Part shown: positions 7,278 to 16,973 of the stretch, in pieces
How the letters are laid out: the number at the start of each line of letters is the position of its first letter
Position numbering within the stretch: position 1 is the stretch's first letter
Origin: Porticoccaceae bacterium
GTDB lineage: Bacteria > Pseudomonadota > Gammaproteobacteria > Pseudomonadales > Porticoccaceae
Assembly (NCBI GenBank): GCA_026005035.1
Contig: BPKH01000001.1
Location: 269,610 to 333,609 of the forward strand
Direction of reading: 5' to 3'
DNA: 64,000 nucleotides
The notes under the pieces: generated by a model
Database searches by the model: none
The model's input: the letters and a program-made list of their open reading frames with translations, nothing else
Told to the model about the DNA's origin: nothing
Position numbers and translations under genes: made by a program

Positions 7278-9800
7278 ATGACTCCGAAGTTCCGCAAGAA
7301 GCTTCTTGCGGCCAGCCTCCTGGCCGCCAGCGGCGCCGCCGGCCTGCCGGCCCTGGCCCAATCCCAGAGCGGCTCGGCCGTGATGGCGCTCGAGGAGATC
7401 GTCGTCACCGCCCGGCGCCGGGAAGAAACGCTCCAGGACGTGCCCATCACCGTCAACGCCGTCACCGGCGACCAGGTGGAACAGCTCAACCTGCGCAAGT
7501 TTGAAGACCTGCAAGGCTTGGTGGCCGGCCTGACGCTCCAGGAAGACACCATCGCCGCCAACGCCTCGGTGCGCGGCGTGCGCTTCGACACCTTCGCGAG
7601 CGGCAACAACCCCACCGTCGAGTTCTATCTGAACGACGCGCCCATCTCCTCGCTCTCCGTGATGCAAGCGCTGTTCGACATCGGCCAGGTGGAAGTGCTG
7701 CGCGGTCCCCAGGGCACCCTGCGCGGCCGCGCCTCGCCGTCGGGCTCCATCACCATCACCACCCGCGATCCCGCGTTGAACGAGTTCGGCGGCTACGTGG
7801 ACGCCACCGCCACCGACATCGACGGCCGCAACCTGCGCGGTGCGGTGAACGTGCCGGTGGTCGAGGACATGCTGGCCCTGCGCTTCGCCGGCTTCGTGGA
7901 GGAGAACGAACTCAACCGGGTGAAGAGCGCCTACACCGGCGACGAGTCCAAGTACGAAGGCGACGGCTACCGGGTGAGCGCCCTCTTCGAGCCGCTGGAC
8001 ACCCTGACCTTCAAGGCCATGTACCAGCGGGTCAAGCCCGACCGCACCATCTACTTTCCCAATGAGTCGGCCGAGATCGTCGACCCCGACCACGTGCCCC
8101 AGTTCCCGGAAGCGCTGCGCCGGCGGATCACCGCCGACGATCGCCTGAGCGTGATGGACGTGCCCGAGGAGGCCAAGCACGACCTCGAGGCGTTCAACTT
8201 CCGCACCACCTGGGAATTCTCCGGCCAGGAGCTCCACTACGTCTACCAGGAGACCGAGGAGAAGGTCGACCGCGTCACCCTGTTCGACGGCGGCGACATG
8301 ACCAACGCCATCTACCCGGGCTTCGGCTCTCCCTTCGCCACGGCGGACGCCTGGCAGGGCGCGGCCCTCGCCCAGGAGCTCCACACCAAGACCGAAAACG
8401 AAAGCCACGAGATCCGGCTGCAGTCGGCGGAACCCCTGTTCGACCGGCTCGACTACATCGTCGGCTACTTCTACCGGCAGACCAAGCCGGGCAGCGACCT
8501 GCAACTGCCCACGCCGCTCGCCATCTTCTTCCCCACCGGGCAGCCGGCGCCCTTCAACTACGTGGGCCCCGTGGCCTATGCGGTCAACTACACGCCCATC
8601 TTCTCGGGCGGCGTCGAGGAAGAGGACTCTTTCTTCGTCAACCTGACCTACGCCCTCACCGAGGCCACCGAGATCTCCGGGGGCGTGCGCCGCATCGACT
8701 TCAAGCAAAAGCGCGACCTCAACGTCGGCGGCGTGACTCTGGTGGGTGCGGGTTCGCCCTTCGACGACGGCCGCGCCGATTGGGACACCACCATCGGGAC
8801 GCTGTCGCTCAAGCACAACTTCAGCGACGACCTGATGGCCTACTTCACCTACGGTGAGTCCTGGCGTCCGGGCATCAGCGCGGTGGGCGACTTCAGCCTG
8901 CTCAAGTCGGAGCTCCAGGAGCAGTTCACCACCCTGGATCCCGAGGAGTCGGAGTCCTATGAGATCGGCCTGCGCTCGAGCTGGCTCGACCAGCGCCTCA
9001 GGCTCAACATCTCCGCCTACTACCAGGAGTTCGACAACTATCCCTACCGCTCCGGGGGCGACGGCATCTACTACGTCTCCTACGCCGCGGTGCGCGACAG
9101 CCAGGGCAACGTGATCGGACTGTCCCCCGAGGTGCGCCAGCACAACTTCGTCGCCGCGGTGCCCGTGGAGGTGCGCGGCGTCGAGGTGGAGGCCACCTTC
9201 CAGGCGGCCGACAACTGGGACGTCGGGGTGCTCTACAGCTATGCCAAGGGCGAGATCGACGACGGCTTCGTGCCCTGCAACGACTACCTGCCCCACGACG
9301 GGATCCCCGACGCGGCGGGCGCGGTGCCGACCCTCGCCGACATCCAGGCGGCCGCCGGCGCGGACAACCTGACCGGCTGCGAGGCCGACTTCCGGGCCAA
9401 CTTCGCGCCGCTGTGGACCACCACCCTGACCTCGGAATACCGGCTCATGCTGGGCGACCTGGAGTCCTTCGCCCGGGGTCTGTGGACCTTCTACGGCAAG
9501 TCGAAGAACGATCCCACCAACCCCGTGGACGACGTGGACGCCTACAACATCCTCAACCTCTACCTGGGCATCCGCGATCCCGAGGGCACCTGGGAAGCCA
9601 TGGTCTACGGCAAGAACCTCTTCGACACCACCCGGGTGTTGAGCCGCAACCGCTCGCCGGGCGCGGTCAACTTCACCGGCGTCGACGCCGTGGCCGGGGC
9701 CGCGGTGCCCGAGTTGAGCGGCACGGTAATCTCCGACTACCGGGAAATCCGCCTGACCGCACCCCAGGAGTTCGGCATCAACGTGCGCTACAACTTCTGA
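7278..9800 (+). CDS. TonB-dependent outer-membrane receptor
   Basis: ATG 7278 lies after AGAGGGGG, inside ORF 7140..9800. Signal peptide KKLLAASLLAASGAAGLPALA, plug EEIVVTARRREETLQDVPITVNAV, long beta-barrel, terminal ...NVRYNF. Confidence 0.9.
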   Translation: MTPKFRKKLLAASLLAASGAAGLPALAQSQSGSAVMALEEIVVTARRREETLQDVPITVNAVTGDQVEQLNLRKFEDLQGLVAGLTLQEDTIAANASVRGVRFDTFASGNNPTVEFYLNDAPISSLSVMQALFDIGQVEVLRGPQGTLRGRASPSGSITITTRDPALNEFGGYVDATATDIDGRNLRGAVNVPVVEDMLALRFAGFVEENELNRVKSAYTGDESKYEGDGYRVSALFEPLDTLTFKAMYQRVKPDRTIYFPNESAEIVDPDHVPQFPEALRRRITADDRLSVMDVPEEAKHDLEAFNFRTTWEFSGQELHYVYQETEEKVDRVTLFDGGDMTNAIYPGFGSPFATADAWQGAALAQELHTKTENESHEIRLQSAEPLFDRLDYIVGYFYRQTKPGSDLQLPTPLAIFFPTGQPAPFNYVGPVAYAVNYTPIFSGGVEEEDSFFVNLTYALTEATEISGGVRRIDFKQKRDLNVGGVTLVGAGSPFDDGRADWDTTIGTLSLKHNFSDDLMAYFTYGESWRPGISAVGDFSLLKSELQEQFTTLDPEESESYEIGLRSSWLDQRLRLNISAYYQEFDNYPYRSGGDGIYYVSYAAVRDSQGNVIGLSPEVRQHNFVAAVPVEVRGVEVEATFQAADNWDVGVLYSYAKGEIDDGFVPCNDYLPHDGIPDAAGAVPTLADIQAAAGADNLTGCEADFRANFAPLWTTTLTSEYRLMLGDLESFARGLWTFYGKSKNDPTNPVDDVDAYNILNLYLGIRDPEGTWEAMVYGKNLFDTTRVLSRNRSPGAVNFTGVDAVAGAAVPELSGTVISDYREIRLTAPQEFGINVRYNF

Positions 9801-9817
9801 GGTTCCAGGGGTCCCTG

Positions 9818-9849
9818 AAACCGGGCGGGGCGACCCGCCCGGTTTTTTT
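9818..9849 (+). terminator. Rho-independent terminator after the TonB-dependent receptor
   Basis: AAACCGGGCGGG-gcga-CCCGCCCGGTTT followed by a T7 run. Confidence 0.8.
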
Positions 9850-9904
9850 GTGCCTTGTTCCGGCTGCCGCCGCGGCCTACCCTACGGAGCAAAGGAGGAT
9901 GCCC

Positions 9905-10460
9905 ATGGATCCGACCCACTCCCAGGCGCTGCGCGAACTCCTCGACCGGCAGGCCATCTGGCAGGTCCTGCAGCGCCTCGCCCGGGGCCTCGATCGGCTG
10001 GATGTCGAGCTGGTGCGCAGCTGCTATTTCGACGACGCCGTCGACGACCACGGCCACTACGTGGGCGATCCCGACGGCTTCATCGCCTGGGCCAACGAAA
10101 CCGCCCGCCAATTCCGCTGGACCCACCACGCCCTCACCACCCACAACTGCGAGCTCGCCGGCGACGACGCCTACTGCGAGACCTATTTCCTCTACGTCGG
10201 AGTGCGCGAGACAGCCGCCCCACTTCCTCTCTTGCGGGCGCTACGTGGACCACTTCCAGCGCCGCCGGGGTGAATGGCGCATCGCCAATCGGGTGATCTT
10301 TGTGGAGGGCACCTTCGATCTGCCGGAATCGGCCCTGGCCGCGGCGCTGCCGCCCGCTTATGGTCCCGGCGAGGCGATCCCGGCGAGCCGCGACCGCGAG
10401 GACTTCAGCTACCACCGACCGCCGCGACCGCGGCAACCGCGGCGCAAGGGCCCGTCCTGA
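9905..10460 (+). pseudogene. SnoaL-like / NTF2-fold protein; frame broken by a 1-nt insertion (CCCC 10218..10221) as assembled
   Basis: MDPTHSQALRELLDRQAIWQVLQRLARGLDRLDVELVRSCYFDDAVDDHG...CETYFLYVGVRETAA continues in the next frame as HFLSCGRYVDHFQRRRGEWRIANRVIF...SRDREDFSY. 556 nt = 3n+1. AAAGGAGG lies 6 nt upstream. Confidence 0.7.
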
Positions 10461-10471
10461 GGAGTGCGGGA

Positions 10472-10498
10472 ACGAAAAGGGGCCGCGTTGGCGGCCCC
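10472..10498 (-). terminator. Rho-independent terminator downstream of tRNA-Lys
   Basis: GGGGCCGC-gttg-GCGGCCCC (10479..10498). On the minus strand it is followed by TTTTCGTT. Confidence 0.6.
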
Positions 10499-10503
10499 GA
10501 AGG

Positions 10504-10579
10504 TGGTGGGTCGTGCTGGATTCGAACCAGCGACCAATTGGTTAAAAGCCAACTGCTCTACCAGCTGAGCTAACGACCC
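10504..10579 (-). tRNA. tRNA-Lys (anticodon UUU)
   Basis: 76-nt cloverleaf: GGGTCGT TA GCTC AGCTGGTA GAGC A GTTGG CTTTTAA CCAAT TGGTC GCTGG TTCGAAT CCAGC ACGACCC A CCA. Confidence 0.95.
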
Positions 10580-10590
10580 GGGAGGCGGCT

Positions 10591-10618
10591 ATGATACCCA
10601 TTCGCCGGCGGCCGTCAA
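10591..10618 (-). promoter_or_regulatory. sigma70-type promoter of tRNA-Lys
   Basis: On the minus strand: TTGACG (10618..10613), 16 nt, TATCAT (10596..10591), then the GC-rich discriminator AGCCGCCTCCC before tRNA +1. Confidence 0.5.
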
Positions 10619-10747
10619 CCGCGTGTCCGGGTTCAATACAGGAGACACCAAGACCGGAGGGCGCCCATCTCCGGCGGTCCAGAAGGGGCCGCTAGGGATG
10701 TGCTGCCGCCATCCTGGGCGGATGAGGTCGTCGCCCGGAGGCAAACC

Positions 10748-10850
10748 GTAGCCCGGATGGAGGCGCACAGCGCCGGAATCCGGGAAGGAGCGCGAGAACT
10801 GCTCACCGATTGCCGGCTCCCCGGATTCCGCTTCGCTCCATCCCGGCTGC
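10748..10850. repeat. REP/REPIN-like inverted repeat pair (10748..10784 fwd, 10819..10850 rev)
   Basis: GTAGCCCGGATGGAGGCGCACAGCGCCGGAATCCGGG ... CCCCGGATTCCGCTTCGCTCCATCCCGGCTGC. Same family as 851..1006. Confidence 0.8.
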
Positions 10851-11028
10851 GTTTTGGCTCCATCGGGGCCATGGAGTCACTCGCCAGCCGAGGACCTTCC
10901 GCGCGGGCTTTTGCCACTCGCCCAATCCCGGAAGCGAGACTCCCTCACCTTGCCCCTTGAATGACGTGCGGCTGCCTGAACCCGGTGGCCGCGCGCCCCT
11001 TTTCCAAGTCTTCCTCGAGCGCCTATGA

Positions 11029-12165
11029 TTGCGCCTCCGCTGGGCGGACGGGAGGGAAGCAGTGGCGGAGGCATCCCGGGGAGCGAGTGCGGCCCTCGAC
11101 CTTCGCGGCATCTGCCGCCGTTACGGCGACCAGGTGGTGCTCGACGGCGTCGATCTCGAGGTGCTCGAGGGGGAATTCTTCAGCCTGCTCGGGCCCTCGG
11201 GCTGCGGGAAGACCACGCTTTTGCGCATCATCGCCGGCTTGGAAGCGCCGGACGAGGGACGGGTGTTCCTCGCCGGCCGCGACATGACCCACACGCCGCC
11301 CCATCTCCGCCCGGTGAACACGGTCTTTCAGAGTTACGCCCTCTTTCCCCACCTCACCGTGGCGGGCAATGTGGCCTTCGGCCTGCGGATGCGCCGCCTG
11401 CCGAAGAGGGAAATCCGCGAGCGGGTCGACGCCGCCCTCGACCTGGTGGGACTTCGCGGCCTCGCCGAGCGGCGGCCGCACCAACTGTCCGGGGGGCAGC
11501 GCCAGCGGGTCGCCCTGGCTCGCGCCCTGGTGAACGAACCCCGGGTGCTCCTCCTCGACGAACCCCTCTCGGCCCTCGATCTGGCGCTGCGCCGGGAACT
11601 GCGTCTCGAACTGGTGCGCCTCCAGGAACGCCTCGGCCTCACCTGTCTGTTCGTGACCCACGACCAGGAGGAGGCCCTGGTCCTCTCCGACCGCTTGGCG
11701 GTCATGGAGCGGGGCCGGATCCGCCAGGTCGGCAGCCCGGAAGCGGTCTACGAACGCCCCATCAGCCCCTTCGTGGCCCGCTTCATCGGCGAAGCCAATC
11801 TGATCCCCGGGGAATGCCGGGGGGACGGGCGCGCCCTCACCCCTCTGGGAGAGCTGGAGTTCCCGGCCGGGGCCGCCCCGAAGTCGTCCGGCCCCCTCTG
11901 GCTTGCCATCCGCCCCGAAAAATTGCGCCTTTTCCGCACCGAGCCCGCGCAGCCCAATCGGGTCCAGGCGCGGGTCGAGGGGATCGTCTACACCGGCTCG
12001 GAAAACCGCTATCTGCTCGATGCCGCAGGGATCCGCCTGCTCGCGGAGACCCTCAACCACGACAGCGAAGAGCCCGGCCACGAGGAGTTCGCGGCCGGCG
12101 AGACGCTGTGGGTGGTGCTGCCGCCCGAGCGCCTGGTGGTGCTGGCGGATGAGCCGCCGGGCTGA
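11029..12165 (+). CDS. potA: spermidine/putrescine ABC transporter ATP-binding protein
   Basis: Walker A GPSGCGKTT, signature LSGGQRQRVALARAL, Walker B LLLDEP, TOBE-like C-terminus. Alternative start GTG 11062 follows GGGAGGGA. Confidence 0.85.
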   Translation: MRLRWADGREAVAEASRGASAALDLRGICRRYGDQVVLDGVDLEVLEGEFFSLLGPSGCGKTTLLRIIAGLEAPDEGRVFLAGRDMTHTPPHLRPVNTVFQSYALFPHLTVAGNVAFGLRMRRLPKREIRERVDAALDLVGLRGLAERRPHQLSGGQRQRVALARALVNEPRVLLLDEPLSALDLALRRELRLELVRLQERLGLTCLFVTHDQEEALVLSDRLAVMERGRIRQVGSPEAVYERPISPFVARFIGEANLIPGECRGDGRALTPLGELEFPAGAAPKSSGPLWLAIRPEKLRLFRTEPAQPNRVQARVEGIVYTGSENRYLLDAAGIRLLAETLNHDSEEPGHEEFAAGETLWVVLPPERLVVLADEPPG

Positions 12166-12997
12166 GCGCACCCCCTGGCTTACCGCCCTCGCCCTGCCGG
12201 GGGCGATCTGGCTTGCGGCCCTGGTGGCGCTGCCCGCCCTGGCGACCGCGCTCATCTCCCTGGCGAGCCGCGGCCCCTTCGGCGAGCCGGTGCCCCCCTG
12301 GGGGCTCCACAACTACGCGCTTTTGCTCACCGATCCCCTGTTCGCCCGGGTGTTGACCCGCAGCCTCCTGCTCGGTGCGGGAACGACGCTGCTGTGCGCA
12401 CTCGTCGGCTATCCCCTGGCCTTCCACATCGCCGCAAGCCGCCGCCAGACCCTCTGGCTGCTGGCGATCACCATTCCCTTCTTCGTCAACTTCCTGATCC
12501 GCGTCTACGCCTGGATGCTGCTTTTGCAGAAAGAGGGGCTCGTCAATGCGGCGGCGGCCCTCCTCGGTGCGGGTCCCTTCGCCCTGCTGCCCTCCGCCCT
12601 GGCCGTCTGGGTGGCGACGGTCTACACCTTTCTGCCCTTTTTCGTCCTTCCCGTCTACGCAGTGGTGGAGCGGATCGACTGGACCCTGCGGGACGCCGCC
12701 CTGGATCTCGGGGCGCCCCCCCTGCGCGCCTTCACCGCCGCCGTGCTGCCCCAGACCCTGCCGGGGCTGGCCGCGGGCGCGGCCCTGGTGTTCGTGCCGG
12801 CGGCGGGCACCTTCGTCATCGCCGACCTGCTCGGGGGCGGCAAGATCACCCTCATCGGCAACCTGATCCAGCTGCAGTTCGGCGCCGCCCAGCATTGGCC
12901 CCTGGGGGCTGCGGCGAGCACCGTCCTGATGGCCCTCGCCCTGCTGGGGCTCGCGGTCTGCCTGCGCGCCTTCGGAGCGCGGGAGGGCGGGCGGTGA
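12149..12997 (+). CDS. potB: spermidine/putrescine ABC transporter permease
   Basis: ATG 12149 lies inside ORF 11903..12997 and overlaps the potA stop by 17 nt. Multi-TM permease with an ...ALDLGAPPLRAF... EAA-type loop. Confidence 0.8.
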   Translation: MSRRAERTPWLTALALPGAIWLAALVALPALATALISLASRGPFGEPVPPWGLHNYALLLTDPLFARVLTRSLLLGAGTTLLCALVGYPLAFHIAASRRQTLWLLAITIPFFVNFLIRVYAWMLLLQKEGLVNAAAALLGAGPFALLPSALAVWVATVYTFLPFFVLPVYAVVERIDWTLRDAALDLGAPPLRAFTAAVLPQTLPGLAAGAALVFVPAAGTFVIADLLGGGKITLIGNLIQLQFGAAQHWPLGAAASTVLMALALLGLAVCLRAFGAREGGR

Positions 12998-13773
12998 GGC
13001 GGCTCCTCGCCCTCCACGCCTGGGCGGCGATCGCCTTTCTGTGGCTGCCCATGGTGGCCGTCGCCCTCCTTTCCTTCAGTGAAAGCCGCTACGGCCTGCG
13101 CCTCGAGGGCTTCACCCTGCGCTGGTACGCGAATCTGGCGGCGGACGCGCGCCTCGCCGAGTATCTGCGGAACACCCTGGTGGTGGCCCTCGCCTCCACG
13201 GCCCTGGCCACCGCCCTCGGCACCCTCCTGGCCCTGGCCCTGGCCCGCCAGCGGTTCCGCCTCCGCGCCGCCCTCGAGGGCCTGCTCTACCTGCCGCTGG
13301 TGGTGCCCGACGTGGTGCTCGGCATCGCCCTGTTGATCCTGTTCACCCTCCTGCGGGAGTGGCTCGGGGGACCGCAACTGTCCCTGCTCACCGTCACCCT
13401 GGGCCACACCGCCTTTCAGTTGAGCTACGTCACCCTGGTGGTGCGCGCGCGCCTGTCGTTGCTGGATCCGGCCCTGGAGGAGGCCGCCCGCGACCTCGGC
13501 GCGACCCCCTGGCAGGCCTTCGCCCACGTGACCCTGCCCCTGCTCGCCCCGGGGATCGGCGCCGGGGCGCTGCTCGCGCTCAGCCTCTCCCTGGACGACT
13601 TCGTGATCACCTTCTTCACCGCCGGCTCGGGGTCGACCACCCTGCCCCTCTACCTCTACTCTTCCCTGAAGCTGGGGGTCCGCCCCGAAATCCACGCCCT
13701 CTCCACCCTGCTCATGGGGAGCACCATCCTGGCCCTGCTCATCGGCTACCTGCACGCGAGGAAACGACCGTGA
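12994..13773 (+). CDS. potC: spermidine/putrescine ABC transporter permease
   Basis: GTG 12994 overlaps the potB stop (GTGA). VRRLLALHAWAAIAFLWLPMVAV..., EAA loop ARDLGATPWQAF. Confidence 0.8.
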   Translation: MRRLLALHAWAAIAFLWLPMVAVALLSFSESRYGLRLEGFTLRWYANLAADARLAEYLRNTLVVALASTALATALGTLLALALARQRFRLRAALEGLLYLPLVVPDVVLGIALLILFTLLREWLGGPQLSLLTVTLGHTAFQLSYVTLVVRARLSLLDPALEEAARDLGATPWQAFAHVTLPLLAPGIGAGALLALSLSLDDFVITFFTAGSGSTTLPLYLYSSLKLGVRPEIHALSTLLMGSTILALLIGYLHARKRP

Positions 13774-14792
13774 GAGTCTGGACGATCCTGTGTTTCGCCC
13801 TCCTCGCCGCCGGCTGCGCCGAGCGCGGCGAGCGGTTGCGGCTTTTGAACTGGTCCGACTACATGCCCGCCGAGGTGCTCGCGGAGTTCGAGCGGCGCAC
13901 CGGCGTGGCGGTGGTGGAAGACACCTACGACTCCCCCGAGGCGATGCTCGCCAAGCTGCGCGCCACCGGCGGCGGCGACTACGACGTGCTCATCACCCCC
14001 GACTACACCGTGGGCAGCCTGGCGCGGGCCGGCTTGATCCGCCCGCTGGAACGGGAGCGGCTGCCCCACTTCGCCGGGCTCGACGCCCGCTTCCAGGATC
14101 CCGGCTACGACCCGGGCGCCCGCCACAGCGTGGCCTATCAGTGGGGGACCACGGGTCTCGCCTACCGGGAAGACCTGGTGCGCGGGCCGGTGGCGAGCTG
14201 GGGCGTGCTCTTCGACCCGGCGCAAGCGGTGGGCGACTTTCTGCTCCTCGACGAGATGCGCGAACAGATCGGCGCCGCGCTCCGCTATGCCGGCCACTCG
14301 GTGAACAGTGTCGATCCGGCGCACCTGGAACGGGCCCGAACCCTGCTCCTCGATGCCAAGGTTCGCTCGCGGGGCTTCGCCGGCGGAACCGCCATCCGCG
14401 ATCGGCTGCTCGCCGGCGACGTGGCCGTGGCGCCGGCCTATTCGGGGGACATCCTCGCCGCCCGGGCGGAAGAGCCGCGGCTGCGCTACGTCATTCCCCG
14501 GGAGGGCGCCACCCTGTGGGCCGACTGCCTGGTGATCCTCGCGGCCAGTCCGCGCAGCGAACTCGCCCACCGCTTCATCGACTTCCTGCTCGAGCCCGAG
14601 ATCGCGGCGCGCATCGCCAACGCCATCGGCTACGCCACCCCGGTGGCCGCAGCACTCCCCTGGGTGGAGGCGCGGGACGACCCCCTCGTCTACCCGCCCC
14701 CCGAGATGCGCGCCCGGCTTGAAATGCTCGCCGACCTGGGGGAGGCCGAAGAGGCGATGCGCCGCCTCTGGGCGGAGGTCAGGAGCCGCTAG
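13770..14792 (+). CDS. potD: spermidine/putrescine ABC transporter substrate-binding lipoprotein
   Basis: GTG 13770 overlaps the potC stop (GTGA). Lipobox [47 protein letters not shown] is typical PotD/PotF. Confidence 0.8.
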   Translation: MRVWTILCFALLAAGCAERGERLRLLNWSDYMPAEVLAEFERRTGVAVVEDTYDSPEAMLAKLRATGGGDYDVLITPDYTVGSLARAGLIRPLERERLPHFAGLDARFQDPGYDPGARHSVAYQWGTTGLAYREDLVRGPVASWGVLFDPAQAVGDFLLLDEMREQIGAALRYAGHSVNSVDPAHLERARTLLLDAKVRSRGFAGGTAIRDRLLAGDVAVAPAYSGDILAARAEEPRLRYVIPREGATLWADCLVILAASPRSELAHRFIDFLLEPEIAARIANAIGYATPVAAALPWVEARDDPLVYPPPEMRARLEMLADLGEAEEAMRRLWAEVRSR

Positions 14793-15475
14793 CGCCTTCG
14801 CGGTAGGGGGTGGGATCGGGCACCCCGGCGGCGGCAAAACCCGCCCGGCGCAGCCGGCAGCTGTCGCAGCGCCCGCAGGCCCGACCTTCCGGGTCCGCCT
14901 GGTAACAGGAGACGGTCAGGGAGTAGTCGACGCCGAGGCGCACCCCCAGGCGGATGATCTCCGCCTTGGAGAGGTGGAGGAGGGGCGTGCGCACCTGGAT
15001 CGCCCTTCCCTCCGTGCCGGCCCGGGTGGCGAGCTCGGCCAGCCGCTCGAAGGCGGCGACGAACCGCGGCCGGCAATCGGGATAGCCGGAAAAGTCGACG
15101 GCGTTGACGCCGATGAACAGATCGGCGGCGCCGAGCACCTCGGCGTAGCCCAGGGCCAGGGCCAACAGCAGGGTGTTGCGGGCGGGCACGTAGGTGGGCT
15201 GGGATGCCCGCGGTGGGGGCCTCGGGGACGGCGATGGCGGGATCGGTGAGCGCCGAGCCGCCGATGGCCGCGAGGTCCACCGCCACCTGCTTGTGGGAGG
15301 CGGCGCCGAGGGCCCGGCTGAGCCGCTCCGCGGCGGCCAGCTCCACCCGGTGGCGCTGGCCGTAGTCCACCGCCAGCGTGTGGCAGACAAACCCTTCCGC
15401 GCGCGCCACCGCGAGGACGGTGGCCGAGTCGAGGCCGCCGGAAAGCAAAACCACCGCCCGTTCCTCGCGTCCCAT
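14779..15475 (-). pseudogene. queC: 7-cyano-7-deazaguanine synthase QueC; frame broken by a 1-nt insertion near 15196..15203 as assembled
   Basis: N-terminal part is ORF 14789..15475 ([13 protein letters not shown]...[18 protein letters not shown]). C-terminal part is in the frame of ORF 14779..15867 ([20 protein letters not shown]...FSGYPDCRP...[10 protein letters not shown]). 697 nt = 3n+1. Confidence 0.85.
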
Positions 15476-15484
15476 GGCCCTCCC

Positions 15485-16151
15485 TCACCGTCCCGGCACG
15501 TCGCCCCACAGGAGCTTGTGGAGCTGCACCTGGAGGCGCACCGGCAGGCCGTCCTCCAGGATCCAGTCGGCGAGCAGCGCCGGATCGAGCCGCCCGTGGG
15601 CGGGGGAAAAGAGCACCCGCTCGCGCCGCGCCAAGAGGCCGTGGCCGGCCGCGAAGGCCCGGGCCCACTCGTAGTCGCCCCGGTCCACCAGCACGAACTT
15701 GACCTCGTCCTCGGGCTTGAGGAGGTCCAGGTTCTCCAGGCGGTTTGCGCGCTTCCTCCCCGGATCCCGGCGTCTTGACGTCCAGCACCACCCGCACCCG
15801 GGGGTCGACGCCGGCGATGGAGAGCGCACCCCCCGTCTCCAGGGAGACCGCGAAGCCGCGATCGCACAGCCGCTCGAGCAGGGCGAGGCAGGCTTCCCGC
15901 TGGGCGAGGGGCTCGCCGCCGGTGATCGTCACCCAGGGGGCGGCGAGGCGCTCCACCTCGGCCACCACCGCCTCCAGACTCAGGCGCCGGCCGCCGTGGA
16001 AGGCGTAGGGGGTGTCGCAGTAGGTGCAGCGCAGGGGACAGCCGGTGAGGCGGACGAAGGTGGTCGGCACGCCCGCGGTGGCGGTCTCCCCCTGCAGGGA
16101 GCGGAAGATCTCGGTGACGCGCAGGCTGGGGGCCCCGCCGGCTTCAGACAC
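15485..16151 (-). pseudogene. queE: 7-carboxy-7-deazaguanine synthase QueE (radical SAM); frame broken by a 1-nt insertion (plus TTT 15744..15746)
   Basis: [38 protein letters not shown]...[12 protein letters not shown] lies in one frame, and [18 protein letters not shown]...[16 protein letters not shown] in ORF 15485..15829. 667 nt = 3n+1. Confidence 0.85.
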
Positions 16152-16153
16152 TG

Positions 16154-16972
16154 TCAAAAATGGTCTCGCAGGTAGGCGCGGGCCAGGGTGGCGGCGGTGC
16201 CCGAACCGGCCGCCACCTCCTCCAGCAGGCGGCGCGCCTGGTCGGTGCGGCCCTGCAGGTGGTAGACCTTGGCCAGCTTGAATTTGGCGTCGGCCGCCTT
16301 GGCGTGGGCGGGGGAAGCGCTCCACCACCGCTCGGAAGGCGAGCTCCGCCTCGCCCAGCTCGTTGCGCAACAGGTGGATCTCGCCAAGCCAATAGTGGGC
16401 GTTGGCCGTGTAGGGGCTCGAGGGATACTTGGCGATGAACTGGCGAAAGGCGGCGACCGCCTCGTCGATCTGGCGGTTGCGCAGCAGCTGATAGGCGGCC
16501 TCGTAGGCGGCCTGGTCGTCTCCCCCGGCCGCCGGCGCGCCCACGGGCGCGGGAGCGGAATCGGCGGCCGCCGCGGCCGGGGGTGGCACCGACCGCTCGC
16601 CGGCTGCGGGCGGAGCGCCGCGGTTGGCCGCCGCCGGTGCGGGCGTTTCCCCCCCCGCCGCCGGCGAGGGCCGCCAGGCGGCGATCCAGGTCCTCGTAGT
16701 CCTCCAGCTGGCGCTGTTTGAGCCGCTCGAGCTCGTGTCCCTGCTCTTCCACCAGTCCCCGCAGCTCGCGCACCTCCTCCCGCAGGCCCTGGATCGCTTC
16801 AAAGAGCTCGGCGAGGGCGGGATTGGCAGCCGGCGCTCCCTGGCCCTGGGCCGGCGCGCGACTGGGCGGCCGACTCAGGTCTTCCACGGGGGCGTACTGG
16901 GCCGCCACCGCCATTGCCGCCCAGCAGGGCGGCGGCGCCGACGAGCGCAGGGAAGAACCGCGGAATCGCCAC
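16154..16972 (-). pseudogene. cpoB: Tol-Pal system protein CpoB/YbgF; three 1-nt insertions (16920..16922, 16649..16656, 16310..16314) as assembled
   Basis: The parts lie in successive frames: signal peptide VAIPRFFPALVGAAALL; then AAMAVAAQYAPVEDL...coiled coil...RRLAALAGGGG; then ETPAP...YEAAYQLLRNRQIDEAVAAFRQFIAKYPSSPYTANAHYWLGE...VERFP; then AHAKAADAKFKLAKVYHLQGRTDQARRLL...YLRDHF. Confidence 0.8.
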
Positions 16973-16973
16973 G

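Noticed and set aside
5025-9296. 1423-aa ORF on the minus strand
   Set aside because: It is antisense to the well-supported TIM-barrel, DUF1214-like and TonB-receptor genes. Its composition is low-complexity Gly/Ala/Val/Arg/Glu with no recognisable motifs. This is a typical stop-codon-poor shadow ORF of a high-GC genome.
10461-10504. Integrase or att site expected for an island at tRNA-Lys
   Set aside because: No integrase ORF or duplicated tRNA 3' segment is visible in the window, so island status stays an unproven inference.
10633-11111. Small ORFs (10633..10917, 10700..10960, 10803..11111) in the tRNA-Lys/potA intergenic region, and similar ones at 54738..55232 and 53990..54931
   Set aside because: They are built from translated REP palindromes (PGFRFAPS / MERSGIRG) on both strands and lack RBSs. 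They are repeat artefacts.
14916-16802. 628-aa minus-strand ORF spanning queC/queE/cpoB
   Set aside because: It is a chimeric read-through. It contains the true QueE N-terminal part and the middle of CpoB in frame, joined by out-of-frame sequence. It is explained by the frameshift sites, not a real fusion gene.
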